Under the pieces are notes generated by a model that did not search any database, was not told the DNA's origin, and saw nothing but the letters and a program-made list of their open reading frames with translations. Below are positions 1 through 11,969 of a stretch of 64,000 nt of DNA, one piece after another. Position 1 is the stretch's first letter; each line of letters opens with the position of its first letter. Made by a program: the position numbers and the translations under genes. This DNA is from Raillietiella orientalis (Eukaryota), in assembly GCA_036172245.1 (NCBI GenBank), contig JAYWIR010000009.1, positions 2,232,001 through 2,296,000 of the forward strand, read 5' to 3'.

Positions 1-1500
1 TTCCCCAGGATATTCTCCAGCGGCTGGAGAGAGTATCTGCTGTTCCGTAGGCAGATGTATTCTGCCTCGCCTGTGCCGTTGATTTTGCCCAAAGCGAAAA
101 CGGGACTGCTACAGCCAGGCCGTCCAGTTAGAGGGGAAGACGGAGACCCGGGAGTTTTTCTGCAAAAAGGCAGCCGTATGTCGGAACTGGAGACCAAGAT
201 GGTCCAGACTCCGCTCAGTGGCCACAACGACCGAGGTCAGTCCTTTGCCGGTGCCGGTTGCCTGTTTGGCGAGGATCTTTGCCGAAGAGCACCAAGGTGT
301 GGTCCAGAGTTTGGACACAAGAGCGAGTCTGAAGAGTCGAAGTTGTCGCTCCATTCGCTCCTGTGTAAAGAGGCCCAGTTCACCATCCCTAAGCGGAACA
401 CAGAGGTCTTTTAAATGGACTCTGGACTTCCCTTTGCCCCACAGGGCTTTTCTGAGGAGGTTCTCGGTCCTTTTGCGAATTGCTGCAGGTACGGAGCAAA
501 CAAAAAGCAGGGGGCGGAGGAGGGGAGCTCCGAACACGTTCTACACCACGGCCCATTCCGGCAAGTAGAGCCTATCGTCCCGGAAAGGGCCGAGCACCAA
601 CTCTACTTTTTGGAGACAGTCGGACCAGGTTTCTGCTACGCAGAAGTCCACCAACGGAACGCCAAGGTGCTTGATGCACCCGCCCGTGAGGATCCTTAAG
701 TGGATCCAGTCAGGCCCACATGGCAACGACCTGCACTACGGAGGACTTCGCCCTGTTCACCTCCAGCCCTGTTCCGCGGCTAAGCCACTGGAAGAAACCT
801 TCGAGCACTGATGGGCTGGATGCGGTGCGTGTAGGGGAGGAAGCCAGAACGAATTGGGCTGGTAACATGGTAGCACAGAACTCCGAGGTGGTGGCACCGG
901 TGGACAATTGGCAGATCCACTGAGGTCAGAAGTAGGCGAAAGGTGGGCGGCCATACTGGACGTCGCTCACCCCCAATGAATATGTGCAGGCCCGTGTCAC
1001 GTAAACAGAGCCTGCGGTTGCAGCAGCTTCCGATGCTGCAAGCTCAGACCCTGATCGGTCTAGATAGTTCCCTGGTCCTCCGCTCCCGTACCCACCTCTG
1101 AGGTCATCATGCTAAGCGCTTGCAGCCAGGCGTGCCGGCAGCTGGCTGCTTTCCGCCCGTGAGCTGCTGCACCGGTTGAGCAAACCGCAGGAACCGCTCT
1201 TGAAGAGGTTCGCTGCAAGGGGAAGAAGGAGAGTGTCGAGGACTGGCTACCCACTCCGCCTCTGGAGAAGTGGAGTCGCGACCCGCCGCGGGGTGAAGCA
1301 GCGTCGGAGGACGGCCATCCGTCCGTCTCGTCCTTCCCCTTCCCCCTGCTGAAGAGTGTGGCAAGGTGGCCCCACCTCTGATCGGAGATCAGGGAGGGAA
1401 CCCGCGTCGCAAGCAGACCAATGAGGAGGACACAGGGGGTCCTCTTACCCTCTTGTCCTCCGCCTCTTTCATTCCACGTCCCGGTGACCACAGCTGCATT
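1..1500 (-). mobile_element. Degenerate L1/Tx1-clade non-LTR retrotransposon ORF2 remnant (RT and downstream region), copy 1
   Basis: Frameshifted minus-strand pieces in L1/Tx1 ORF2 order: PGNY/RPI (about 1050-1080, cf. NYRPISL), GTGLEVNRAKS (cf. SGLxVNxxKS), IKHLGVPL (cf. IKYLGV) and LLRKALWGKGKSRVHLKDLCVPLRDGELGL (cf. FLW...LCxPxxxGGLGL). Confidence 0.7.
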
Positions 1501-1974
1501 CCACCGTCGAATACTCCCTCTTATGTAGTTTGCTTATTTCTATTTCTCCTTGTTTTCCTCTTCCCTTGGTCTTCCCATTCCTCCCCTCTCCGCCATCTTG
1601 AGCGTCGGCGTATTCTGCGTGGGACTAAAAGGCATTCCCTTTACGTGGACCAAATGAAACACCTTGGGACTCGTTTAGTTCGAACGAGCCAAATAGGCGC
1701 CCACTTTTGGAAGGGAGACGGTGGGAAATCCCCAGGACCCACGGGAAAGTGCTAGTTGCTCCCAGGAAGAAGGAGGAGCTCACCAGAGAAGACTAGACCG
1801 CCTCCTCCCGAACGCGGGATACCTCCAGGGAACATCGGACGGGCAACCCGTCCCGCGGCGGAAGAAACCTCCGAAAATAAGTTCAGCAGGATTCAAAGCA
1901 TGAGGGAGCCTCACTCTCTGGACATCCATGCCGTCGGCGAATTTTCGGCAGGATGTGTCACCGCCGCTCACCAC

Positions 1975-2060
1975 GGCCGCGCAGTGGGGAGTCCCATCTC
2001 CCGGAAGTCACATGGCTGCGCAATGGGGAGTCCCATCGTCCGGAAGTCATATGGCCGCGC
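1975..2060. repeat. 39-bp tandem repeat, about 2.2 copies
   Basis: Units start at 1975, 2014 and 2053 (ggc(c/t)gcgca(g/a)tggggagtcccatc..ccggaagtca(c/t)at). Confidence 0.9.
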
Positions 2061-2199
2061 CGGCCTGACCTGCTGAGACGGCCCCGGGGTTCAGCCCTCG
2101 GAGGTGCGGGAGGGTCGCTTGGAATGTCCGCGACACGCCTCCGCTCCGGTGTCCCCGTGGCCTCCGGGGATTTCGCCCTAGCAACGCCTCCGCACCTGT

Positions 2200-3650
2200 G
2201 AAATCCCAGGCGGGCAGTGGTTTTCCGCAGGCACGCTCGCAACCTTCCCTGGGAAGTTCCCGAGGAAGAAGCGCACGATGGCACGCCCTCTTGCAGGCAG
2301 CATGTGTGGACGAAAGACCCTTTTCCTCGAGACTCACCGGGTAGGACCCCGTTGGAAGCGCTGGGGGTGCCCTCGCGAAAGACTGTCTCTCCCTTAGCGT
2401 CCGCCCATCCTCTCCAGAGCGATCTTCAAGCGCAATACGTGAGCGCTCTTCTGGAGGTTTGACGACGTCGACGCCCCCGTCGTGACCTCCAGCGAGCGTG
2501 GCAGGAACCCGTAATGGCGACGACGCACGCAGATGATTCTGCCTGGAGCACGGCTTTCCCTCTTTCCCGTTCTTCCCGCGCCTTCGGGGAAACCTCACGC
2601 TGGCCTCCGGTTCGTCTCCGCGGCGCCTCGCACCCTCAGGCGTGTGCTCGCAGCAGCCCGCAGATGGCGACTGCGGAACTCGACTCGCGGGAGGGGAGGG
2701 GAGGAGGAATCCGCAGTCGCGGGTCCGCGCTTCCTGCTTCCAGATGCGAAACATCTGCGTTTCCTGAGCGCATTGCCCAGCTGGTTCGGTCTTGCGCCGT
2801 CGCACTTCCTGCCCCGAGCCGTCGCCGCCGTTGCTGCAAACGACACGCAGGCCAGAGAGATCTTCCGAGGGGCTCAGCCCCCGGGATGAGGAACTCCGTT
2901 TTCTTCCTGCTGCGTTTCTGCTCCCTTCCGGCGTCTGCCCTCCTCGCTTGCAGCTCTGGGAGGCCGCATATCTTCTGAGGAGATCGTGGTGTGGCATGTC
3001 GGAAGGCAACCTGCACTTCACATCCAGCCATCTCCTTCATTGGAACTGGGAAACTCTCGCCCACATCACGTGGACAGAGCCTCATGTCACATAAACTGAG
3101 CTCACGTCACATGGTCTGAGCCTGCGCTCGTGGCAGCTTCCGGTGCGGCGGGAGCGCCTACTAATCGGTCCGAATGCTTCCACTGGTCTTCCACCCCCGT
3201 GCCTACCTCTGAGGTCATCATGCTGGGTACTTGTAGCCAGGCGTGCCGGCATCCGGATGTTCCTCTCCCGCGATCTTCTGCGTTGGCTGGACCTCTCCGG
3301 GAGCGATCCCTGCTCGGGGACCGCTCTTCGAGAGCCTCGCTCGCATAACCGTACTATTCGATCCAATTCTTCAGCTGCTTTCGTTCCTGTGACCATCGGC
3401 AAAGGACGCTCATCTTCCTCCCTCCCCGGATTTGCCCTTCGCCCTCGCTGAGTGGTGACTCTGTTTTTGTCTTCTACACCATACACCAGGCATTCGTGCC
3501 AATCGGCGTCCTTGCGCTGGGCGCGTACTGAGAGAGGATGGGCGCGGAAGCTGTTCGGAAGTATCTCCACTATCTTGACCGTTTTCGATGCCGCTGAATT
3601 GTTGACCTCGCATGCCCTTGTCGCTCGCATTGGGGTCCTCAGCAACGAGA
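2200..3650 (-). mobile_element. Degenerate L1/Tx1-like ORF2 remnant, copy 2
   Basis: 3190-3250 is clearly homologous at nucleotide level to 1085-1140 (cctctgaggtcatcatgct...gccaggcgtgccggca). Minus-strand motifs FGPIS (cf. RPIS), EVQVAFRH (cf. EKAFD) and RTRDCGFLLPSP (cf. RQGCPLSP). Confidence 0.55.
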
Positions 3651-4049
3651 GTTATGGGGTTCGAATGGTCCCCGTGAGGATTTTCACCTGGCGACTCCAG
3701 AGGCGTTCATTTTTACAAAAAGCAAACCTTCGTGTGGGGAAAAAAGCAGTCTCTGGAATGAGAAGAGAAAGCAAAGAAGTCCACCTGGGGCGTCCACCGC
3801 CACGCGGGTCATTTGCTACGGTACTCCGGAGAGAAGGAAGGGGGGCAGGAAATAACAACAAAAAATGGGAAGATGGGGGCAGGGGCTCTGAGGCTGCTTC
3901 CTGCTCAGAAACGACGCAACATACCGACGATCTCCGCCTCGACCTCTTCCTTTTCCTCGCAGCCGCCGTCCTTACACTCGGTGGCTGTCGCGCGGATGAC
4001 CTCCCTTCGCTGATCGCGACACGTCGACAGATGGCGAGCTGTGATGATG

Positions 4050-5980
4050 ACGCGAATGCAACTCATGGCCACAATCTCGGCTCCCGTCGCAACTCGCGAA
4101 GAATTTCCGTAGCAGGTCTTTGGCAGTGTCCTGAAAATCGAATCGCCTCTGTGAGGGTCGGACGCCGAGTTGGATGCGCTGCGGGTTCCAAGTCCCTCAA
4201 CGAGATGACGCTGGGTTGGGTCGAGGCTTCGGGTGTGCTTGGACGGGACGCCGCTGACGCCGGTGGCCGGATGTTCTGTGGCAGACTGGCGGCCGGGAAT
4301 CGGACATGGGCTCCTTCCGGGATCATTCCCCAGGTGTCAGGGTGGATCCTTCGGGTTCTGCGCCCTCGTTGCTCCACGCGGACCTCGGCTGCGTGGCAGT
4401 AGAAGAGACTCGTTGCGAGCTCCTCCTCATGTCGAGGTGTTGTCCAGTCGCCTCAACGTCCCCGGCGGAGTGAAGCAACGGTTACTGAGCTCTCGGCGAA
4501 CTCCAGAGAACGATAACCTTCCGGGAGAACTCTCGCATCATCTCATCAAGGTGAAGGTGGCGTAACCATCCAACGCGACCCGAGAGCGACCCCAAGCGCA
4601 CCGGCTAGGGCGCCTGCCAAAAGACCGAGGGCACGTCGAAGAGAAGGCCTTCAGGGTTTCTCGCGCAGCTCCGGAACTCAAGGATGCAGGGTCTCCTTGG
4701 CTCCTTTCTTGCCTCGGGGAGAAGCCTTGGGCGAAGACCAGCCTCCCCGGACAAGAGTGCTGTGTCAGAATCGCCCACAGGGCTTTTCGACCGCGCCCCG
4801 TGCGCACCATGGGTGGAGCTTTCGTCTTCCGTGGTCGGTCCGCGTCATGCTGTCTTCGAGCAGGGACAGTGCTTCGGGCGCCAGCACGGAACTGGGACTG
4901 CCGCGCAACGGAGCTGATGGATGACGTTTCCCGTGCCTGACCCTGAAGTCACTGCCTGGAAACGGCCTCTGGCGTCACCGCCTCTGGAGTGCCTTGGTCC
5001 AGGTCTGTCGCGGGTGAGCGCTGCCAGCTCGGATGGCACACCGGAAGATTCCTGAAGTGGCAAGGTTCCTGGGGCCGCGACCTCCTCGGTGCGCGCACCG
5101 GAAAGAGGGACTCTGGAAGGAAGGTTTTTTTTTCCCCCGCGGGAGATGGAGCTGTGCAGGAGACTTTTCCACGGCTGTATGGAAGGCATTCGACCGACCC
5201 TCCCGGGGGAACTGCGGCACCTCCTGGGAAGGTGGGGCCAGGAAGCGCCCTTTCTGATGTTGGCGAGAGCAAGAGTATATAGACCATGATTTCTTCGAGC
5301 AAGAAGAGCCCTTCTTCCTTCCTTCCCGTTTCCCAACCTCCGTGTCGAAACTGGAGCGAAGAGTTCCTCAAAACGGCGTTTCGCCTTGCGATTTCCTCGC
5401 CTGCTTGTCCCAAAGGAACAAGTGGAACCTGCGTCTGAGAATTCGCAATTTCTCACGGCTTCCGGTGCCCCCTTGAGACAGGTCTGTACGTCTAGTTTGT
5501 CTCAAGTGCACGGCTCTGTGCAGGGTGAAGGGCGGCGCCCCATCTGTTGCACAGCTGGAGAACTACAAAGTCCGCCCTTACGGAAAACGCCTCTTCTCAC
5601 TTAGCTGGCTTCGAGGAGATGGACATTCATTCCCGAGTGAGGTTGGACTGGCCTCTGCGAGGGCTCCGAAGGTGGGTTACTAGGAAGCCTATACGAGGAA
5701 GGCCAAACGAGCACACGACGAAGCATCCTGATGAAGGAGCTGAGCTATAGGCAAACTTGAGTCGACGGTGTAAAGCACAGAGCGCTCATATGATTTCAGG
5801 AACGAAAGTTACCCTTGTCCTGAACGTCGCAGTGAAGAACCATCGGGTCATCCCCGACAAGGGATATTCAGCATCGGACTTCTGTGTGGATCCACACGTG
5901 TGGAGACACGAGAGACACGGGAGTCATGCTATACACCACGCATGGATGACATACTATGTAGGAACCCACACCACATGAAA
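4050..5980 (-). mobile_element. Degenerate L1/Tx1-like ORF2 remnant (post-RT region and C-terminal Cys/His motif), copy 3
   Basis: Minus-strand KEGRRALLARR (cf. LSxxGRxxLxxS) near 5300 and EEELATSLFYCH near 4400 (cf. ETxxHLFxxC), in the expected order. Boundaries approximate. Confidence 0.45.
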
Positions 5981-6021
5981 CATTTCCGATACCATAAATA
6001 ATATATACATGCATTTTTTCT

Positions 6022-6138
6022 GTCTACAGCACCCAGGGTTCCTAAGCGGTCCACCTACAGAGGTGCTAACCGGACCCGACGCTGCTTAACGTGGTCGGTC
6101 GAAGTCGAAGCGGAGTTTCAGCGCAGCGTGGCTGCGAA
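6022..6138 (-). pseudogene. Diverged 5S rRNA copy (probable pseudogene/retrocopy)
   Basis: Reverse complement ttcgcagccacgctgcgctgaaactccg...gttaagcagcgtcgggtccggttagcacc...gaccgcttaggaaccctgggtgctgtagac follows the metazoan 5S layout over about 117 nt. The box A region is conserved, box C is degenerate, and it is followed by an A-run rather than a T-run terminator. Confidence 0.8.
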
Positions 6139-6199
6139 ATTTTTTTTTTTTTCTATGGATACTGTAATGTGCGATATCCACGTTTTCAGTTCTTCCTCG

Positions 6200-8050
6200 G
6201 AAGATCCTATCCGACGGCGCTGTCTTGCATAATTCTTCAAAATTCAATCTGATCTGGTTCATGCTGGATTTCTACAGCAACAACAACAAAAAAGAGTGTT
6301 TCCCCCCAATGTTTCAGGCTGTCAGTCCCTCCTGACGATGTCTCCGAGAGCAGGGAATGCGCCCGCTTGCGATCAGACGAGCTCGTGCCAACAGAAACCT
6401 CGTCTCGGAAGCTGCTGATCCGTTCGGCGCTCGGATCTCTTCGAGAAATGGGATCGCAGAGCAATTTGGTACTCTTGCTTTCCCTGTTTTCCACATACTC
6501 TTTTGGAGGGAAGAAATGCGAGATACAATCGACGAAAGGATAGGGAGGGCTGGTTCCTGAACGTTCGTTCCCTCCAAAGTCACCAAGGCGCAGACTTTGC
6601 CTTCCGAATGAGGAGATGCACGGAGCTCATCCCATGCCCTCACCTACGGCTCACGGGAAAGTTTCGAAGATTTCTCTTCTGGCGCATGAGATGGAATGGA
6701 CTCTCTGCAGTTGTTAATCGCTGAATTTGCAAGACGTTACTCTGTGATGATTCAAGCTCCGTCTTTAGGGCCCCGAACGGCCATTCAGACTTCATCAGAT
6801 GAATTCATCTTCACTTCAACTCCTGGAGTTTCAATGTGAAGTTGATCACAATTCCACCATCAAAATCATCTCCCTCCCTCAGGAGCATGCGCTTCTGTGC
6901 ACTCATTTTATCTTGTCGATCTCAGGCTTTTCCCTCCGATGTCCTCTTTCGGGAGTCCCACTACTGAAAGCATTCCTGCTCCTCGTGCTAAAAAAAAAAT
7001 CCGAATTACCACGTGTAAGGCGGATCCATCTGCCGTCCTTGAATCCTCACCAGTTGCTGTTATCATCATCGCGCACATATTTTTTGCGCTGTCTCATCTG
7101 CCTCATTTCCCTATCAGCTGATGAAGTGTTCAGGGATCAGCAATCAAACGTCAGAGGAGTTCCTCGTCGCGGCTGCAACAGCAAACTATTTGCGATCGAT
7201 GCAGTTCCATGGTACGGCTGGAATTCTGCGCCCCGATGGCGTGTCTGCTCCATAAGAGCTTCCCCCATCAAGAGCCCACGTGACCTATCCTGGAATGGAC
7301 GAGATTCCGGGCGCGCGCCCGACGTGTCGTTCGCGGATTTCAAGCCTCCCGCTTTCGTGGACTCGAGCGATGTATCACTATGCCACAAGAGCTAGCGAAA
7401 CGGACTGTCTCGAAGAACTCCACGTGGCTCATATGAGCCGACCTTCGGCATGAACGACAAAGCCGCTCATTCAGGTGCTTTGGGAAATGGAATGGCAGCT
7501 GTGGAAGCAGGCGTCATGGCAGCGGGGTTATCTTTCCTGTCTGGCCGAGAAGCCACAAGACGGGTGGCAACAGCACCCCTTCACGAGCACTCAGCGTGCC
7601 TTTCACAGATGCTCACCGGTCCCCGGTCCCCGGAAAAGAGCTTCATGACCTCATGGAAAGAAGGCAAGGGGAAAAAAATATAGTGGTACCTCGGTACTCG
7701 TCAGCAATTCGTTCCATAACTCGTGACGAGTGCCGAAACAGACGAGTACCGAACGAGTCCCTTTCTAGGCTTCGTGGTATCATTTTTAACCACGATTAAG
7801 GCTTGAAATATACAGAAAGCACATAAAAAAGGAAGGATTTGGGAGGCACGAGCTACCACGAGACGAAAGAGTTCACCTGCATCATCATGAGATTGAGGTG
7901 TCGAGTTCCGAGCATGCGTCGAGTATCGAAGCATTTTCTCTTGCATCAAAATGCAACGAGTTGGATGAGTTCCGAGGTACCCGAGGTACCACTGTATTGC
8001 AAAACCTTCGAGATGAGGCACTTTCTGCAATTTGCGCTTCCGTTTTCATC
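6200..8050 (-). mobile_element. Degenerate hAT-like DNA transposase remnant
   Basis: N-terminal zinc-finger-like HPTRCIL near 7950, LRDSPFR*LLWHSDTS (cf. FSLxxDESTD) near 7380, and LPILSSIVSRISSL (cf. dimerisation domain FPxLSxIAxxILxLP) near 6530, in colinear order. No TIRs identified. Confidence 0.4.
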
Positions 8051-8149
8051 TTGAGCCAACCTGAACGAACTTTGCATCTGGGTCTTTCGTCGGAGAATAT
8101 ATCTCGAGAGCAGATTTATGAAAAAGCGGAGGGATGTTTATTATAGGGA

Positions 8150-8300
8150 GAGTCTCCTAGCACTGGCCCCCCCGCCGTTCCAACCGTAGGTCGAACGGAC
8201 TCGTTCCTTGGGAGCCTTCCTGGATTCATAGGGCGATCCTTGCAGGGTGATTCCCAGTCTGAAGAGGTGCACGCACCCTCGGGTTCCGTGGACAGTGTCC
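8150..8300 (+). mobile_element. 3' fragment of tRNA-derived SINE family
   Basis: gaacgga...ccttcctggattcataggg (about 8193-8233) and gaagag..cacgcaccctcgggt..tggacagtgt match the copies at 21930-21981, 34328-34370 and 49140-49236 (minus). Confidence 0.7.
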
Positions 8301-8399
8301 AAGAGATATGGGAGCCCTTAGGTCAACGGTTCTTGCGTGCTTAGCAAACCCCTCCAAAAAAAAGCCAGAAGGGAAACAGCGAAACGGAAGGACCCGCAA

Positions 8400-9420
8400 G
8401 GATTTGCATCATTCAAGACCAGAAGCGACCTCACGGGGAAAGAGGTCACTACTCGCCACGAACTATTTCTAGATCACTACGGTCCACTTGCTAGATCACA
8501 ACACGAGAGTGCTAAAATGAAGCCACAAGAACCTTCGACAGAACAACCATCCAGCTGGCGAGGTCTGCAGCGGAGGAGTGGATTCTGTTCTTGAGAGGAG
8601 GACCAGCGAACTCGTCGGGAGCTCGGAGAAGAAATCCCTTCCCTCGCAAATCAGCCTAACATTCTTCACTGATTGCATCTGTTTTGTGTGTTGCGTTGTT
8701 CATCAGAAAGGCCGCCGCCATCTCCTGCACCTCTGAAAAGCACCTTCGCGGTTGCGCTGCTTTCCTATCGGAAGGTCCGGATGTTGCGCTTTCATCTGCA
8801 AGCGAGCATCCCACAGAAAGGACCACAAACGTTTTCGCTTTCGTTCAGGTGATGCCCAACGACATCTTCGATGGAGCCGTGATTGAAGGCGCGATGGCAC
8901 TTCCACTTCAGCAAATCTCTGTGAAGCCATTCTTTTGGAAGTCTTTGGTTACAATTCGGTTCGCCTAAGATTTCCGCTGAAGGAATTTTTTTCCCCTTCC
9001 GGTCCGTAAAGATGGCAATGCAAATGCTCCAGGGGAAGTCGGCTCTCCAAGCATCGTTCGACCTGGCTCAGCTCTGGACCGCGTTGTTCATGACGTCTTT
9101 TCAGTTTTCCCTTCCTCGCCATTTTCAAGCAGACTCACCGACCCAGCCCTACGACTATTCCCTGATTCTACCCAAGGATTGTAGCGATTCCAGAACTTGG
9201 GAATTCGTGGCCGGTCGTAGAGCTTTCCGGGGGACCCATCAGTTCTTCAGTTTCCCCAATATCTGCGTGTAGTCTTTTACTACTGCAGGATGATGGAAGT
9301 GGTTAAGATCCCCCGTGGCGTGATGGTGGTAAAAGTCCAGTTCGTTGTCCTCACTGGAGTCTCGAGGTCCAAGACTCTAAAACAGTGATACTCAACCTTT
9401 CTTCTTCTCGGGACACGTAC
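8400..9420 (-). mobile_element. Ty3/gypsy pol remnant (RNase H region)
   Basis: Minus-strand ELSQVERCLESRLPLEHLHCHLYG at about 9003-9075 (cf. YSQxERExLA...FHxYLYG), preceded by VVGLGR (cf. DASxxGLG). Confidence 0.5.
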
Positions 9421-9669
9421 ACAAGTCTGCAACGTTACGCGGGCTGTGATATAGTATGTTATATATTATAATATAATCATGTAAAAAAAATTTATACATT
9501 GATGTATGTTGACAGAATACAAATTTTTTTCGCATTCGTATATTTTATAGCAAAAAAAATCGAAAGAATATGGATGTAAACAAATTCTTTTTCCATTGCG
9601 GTGTGAGTTAAGTGCACACTGTATTCTTTCCGCGTACCAACACTTGAAATTACAGGAAACGGAACTGTA

Positions 9670-9764
9670 CGCAATGACGTCATTGCGCGGAATCACGGAA
9701 CAACCCGCGAGAGGCGCTGTGTGCGTGGGTGCCAAGCGCTCACGGAATTTGCCTCCTATAAAAA
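9670..9764 (+). promoter_or_regulatory. Candidate Pol II promoter: CRE palindrome plus TATA box
   Basis: Perfect 18-bp palindrome cgcaatgacgtcattgcg (9670-9687, core TGACGTCA) about 70 bp upstream of TATAAAAA (9757-9764), following an AT-rich stretch. Motif evidence only. Confidence 0.3.
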
Positions 9765-10039
9765 CCACCGCCCAACTATCGGAAGCTGAAGAAAAGTACT
9801 TGATGTCTTGATATGGACCGCACATGGAAGCTTGGAGGGCCGTAGAGCGACTACCGCTGCTCTAAAGCTTGCATCGGGCACATCATAGGCACGTTAGAGG
9901 TCGCTTCTAATAAAGCATTTTTTTTTTTTTTATTCGTAAATTTGCAGAGCAGCTGAAACTTCAAATGGCCTCACCCAAAGATATTGACTTTTCATGTTTT
10001 TCTCTTCTAAAGTTTTGAAGTTTCTGCCACCTTCCAAGG

Positions 10040-10600
10040 ACAAAGGTTACGTTCTGAACGTATCATCATGATTGATTCGGCATTGACCAAGGTCGCTCTG
10101 ATGGCAGGCGTCTGAGAATGCTTCCAGACGAACGAAGGGGGTGCTGAATGCAAAGGTGGGGCTGTCGCGACCCACGGTGGCGAATCCGCTCGCCGAGTGC
10201 GCTCCCAGTTGTGTGGAAGCTCCAGAATGGGCTCTGTTTATTTCACGACGGCTCGGTGGGCGTTCAGAGAGGTAAACGAAACGGAAAAGAGGCGAGAAAG
10301 AGGAGAGAGGCTCCGGAGAGTGCAAACAGGGCACGGCACTTGAGTGCATGTTTCACGTCTTCGCGGAGAACTCCACGGAAGGAGGGAGGCCCTTCAGCCT
10401 TCCCACTTCAGTGCGTCATCGGGGGCTGCCTGCAATCCGTCGGATTTATAAAACGGTAATGCCTGCCATCTGCAGGAGGTCTCAGACAACTATTGCGTCT
10501 CGGGCGTTTGGTTTTTCTGTTAATTTCCCCGAGGTGTTTCCGCGGTGCTGCGCAGCATCCAGGTTCGAAGCATCTGCGGAGTAGATTGCGCCTTTGAAAA
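10040..10600 (-). mobile_element. Ty3/gypsy RT remnant
   Basis: ORF 10047..10349 contains HSASGFATVGRDSPTFAFSTPFVRLEAF (cf. DLxSGFxQ...KTAFxTPFGLYEF). Confidence 0.4.
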
Positions 10601-11969
10601 TATCAGTTCCCTTCTTGGAGGAGCATCAGGACCCATCGTGGCAAACAGAAGATGCGTTCCCATGAGTCTGGGGTGCTGTGTAGGGTGCAATAGTTTTATT
10701 GGGCACTCAAAACGAAGCAGTATTTGAAGAAGTAGATAATTTCTAGCTCTACCAAAGCTGAAGTTTTATCGGCTGTAGGCATAGCTACGAGTTTTCCGGG
10801 TGCAGAGGTGCTTGCCGTAGAAGACAAGAGCCGAAAATGTTTCGTTCTAAGGTGTGGGCATGCTGAAGAAACGTCACTCGTACAAGAATCCTTCAGTTTC
10901 ATTCACATGTCCCGGGAAAGACGTGGGGCAGAGAGATGAGTTCGTTTCGGAATTGCGAACCCGCATCTCTCAGCCACCCAGCATGATAAGTACCACATTA
11001 TGGAATTTGCGCCATCGAGCTCCATTACCCCCAAACCTATTATTGACTACCCCAAAAAATTCCGAGTGAGACTGATAAGCCGCTCAACACCTACGGGATG
11101 CAATCCCCTCACCTGCTCCCCATCATCGAGGACCGTTGACTTCTTAAATCATTGACTTCAATGGTCCTCTATTTATGTCAAGTGACATAGGTGATTTTCA
11201 GGTTTTTTTTTTTTTTTTGGAGTTGGGATACTGAGATGGCATGTGGGACTTACATAAAAAACTGTGGCTGGGTTCGGTTGTGACCACCTGCAACTACGAA
11301 ACGGAGTTAAGAGCTACCAAGTCTGGAAAAACCAAAAAAAAAACGAAAAGAATTGCCAAGTTTCCGTTCACTCCTCTTTCGAAGAAAAGGGACCTATTTT
11401 TGGTGCCAAAATGATCCTCTTCTTCAAGCTTTGGAGCGGAGAACGAGCTGATGAATTCAGAATCAGTTGTCCGTCCTTCTAAGCGAATATGAAATTGGCT
11501 CGGAGTCATCACTCCGAATGCTTCGGCATCGAATGATGTCTACGTCTTGGACTGCTGCAGTTTTTGTTTGAATTTTGCAGCGAAATCCGTTCTTGGATTT
11601 TCCTGCTTTTCTAAATTCATTTTTAGAGCGAGAGGAACTTTTTGATAAAAAATGTTCTCTTCCACTCTCCAGGAATAACAGCCAGCAACCTCGGAGAGGT
11701 GCAGAAGGGGCCATTGGGAAATGCTCTTCGATGAAATTTCCATGGTGACCGTGAATTCCTCTCTCTCTCTCTCTCTCTCAAAACGGAATTGCTTTTCTCC
11801 ATTACCAATGGTAGAATATTGCTGTTGCCTTTCCACTTCCCAATACCCTGCGGGATCATCTACAATTTTCGATTTCTCTCCCGGAATCTCAAGAGCTCCT
11901 TTTCCTTCCAAGTCACCAGATTCAGCAACTGCATCTTCCGCAGCTGCGACAGGTGTTGCAACACTCTCT

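Noticed and set aside
1975..2060. CRISPR-like repeat (also 49501-49600)
   Set aside because: Head-to-tail units without unique spacers, no cas genes, eukaryotic context.
2047..4402. Long ORFs 2047..3021 (-) and 3452..4402 (+) as genes
   Set aside because: They overlap decayed LINE sequence; only scattered RT-like residues and no coherent protein.
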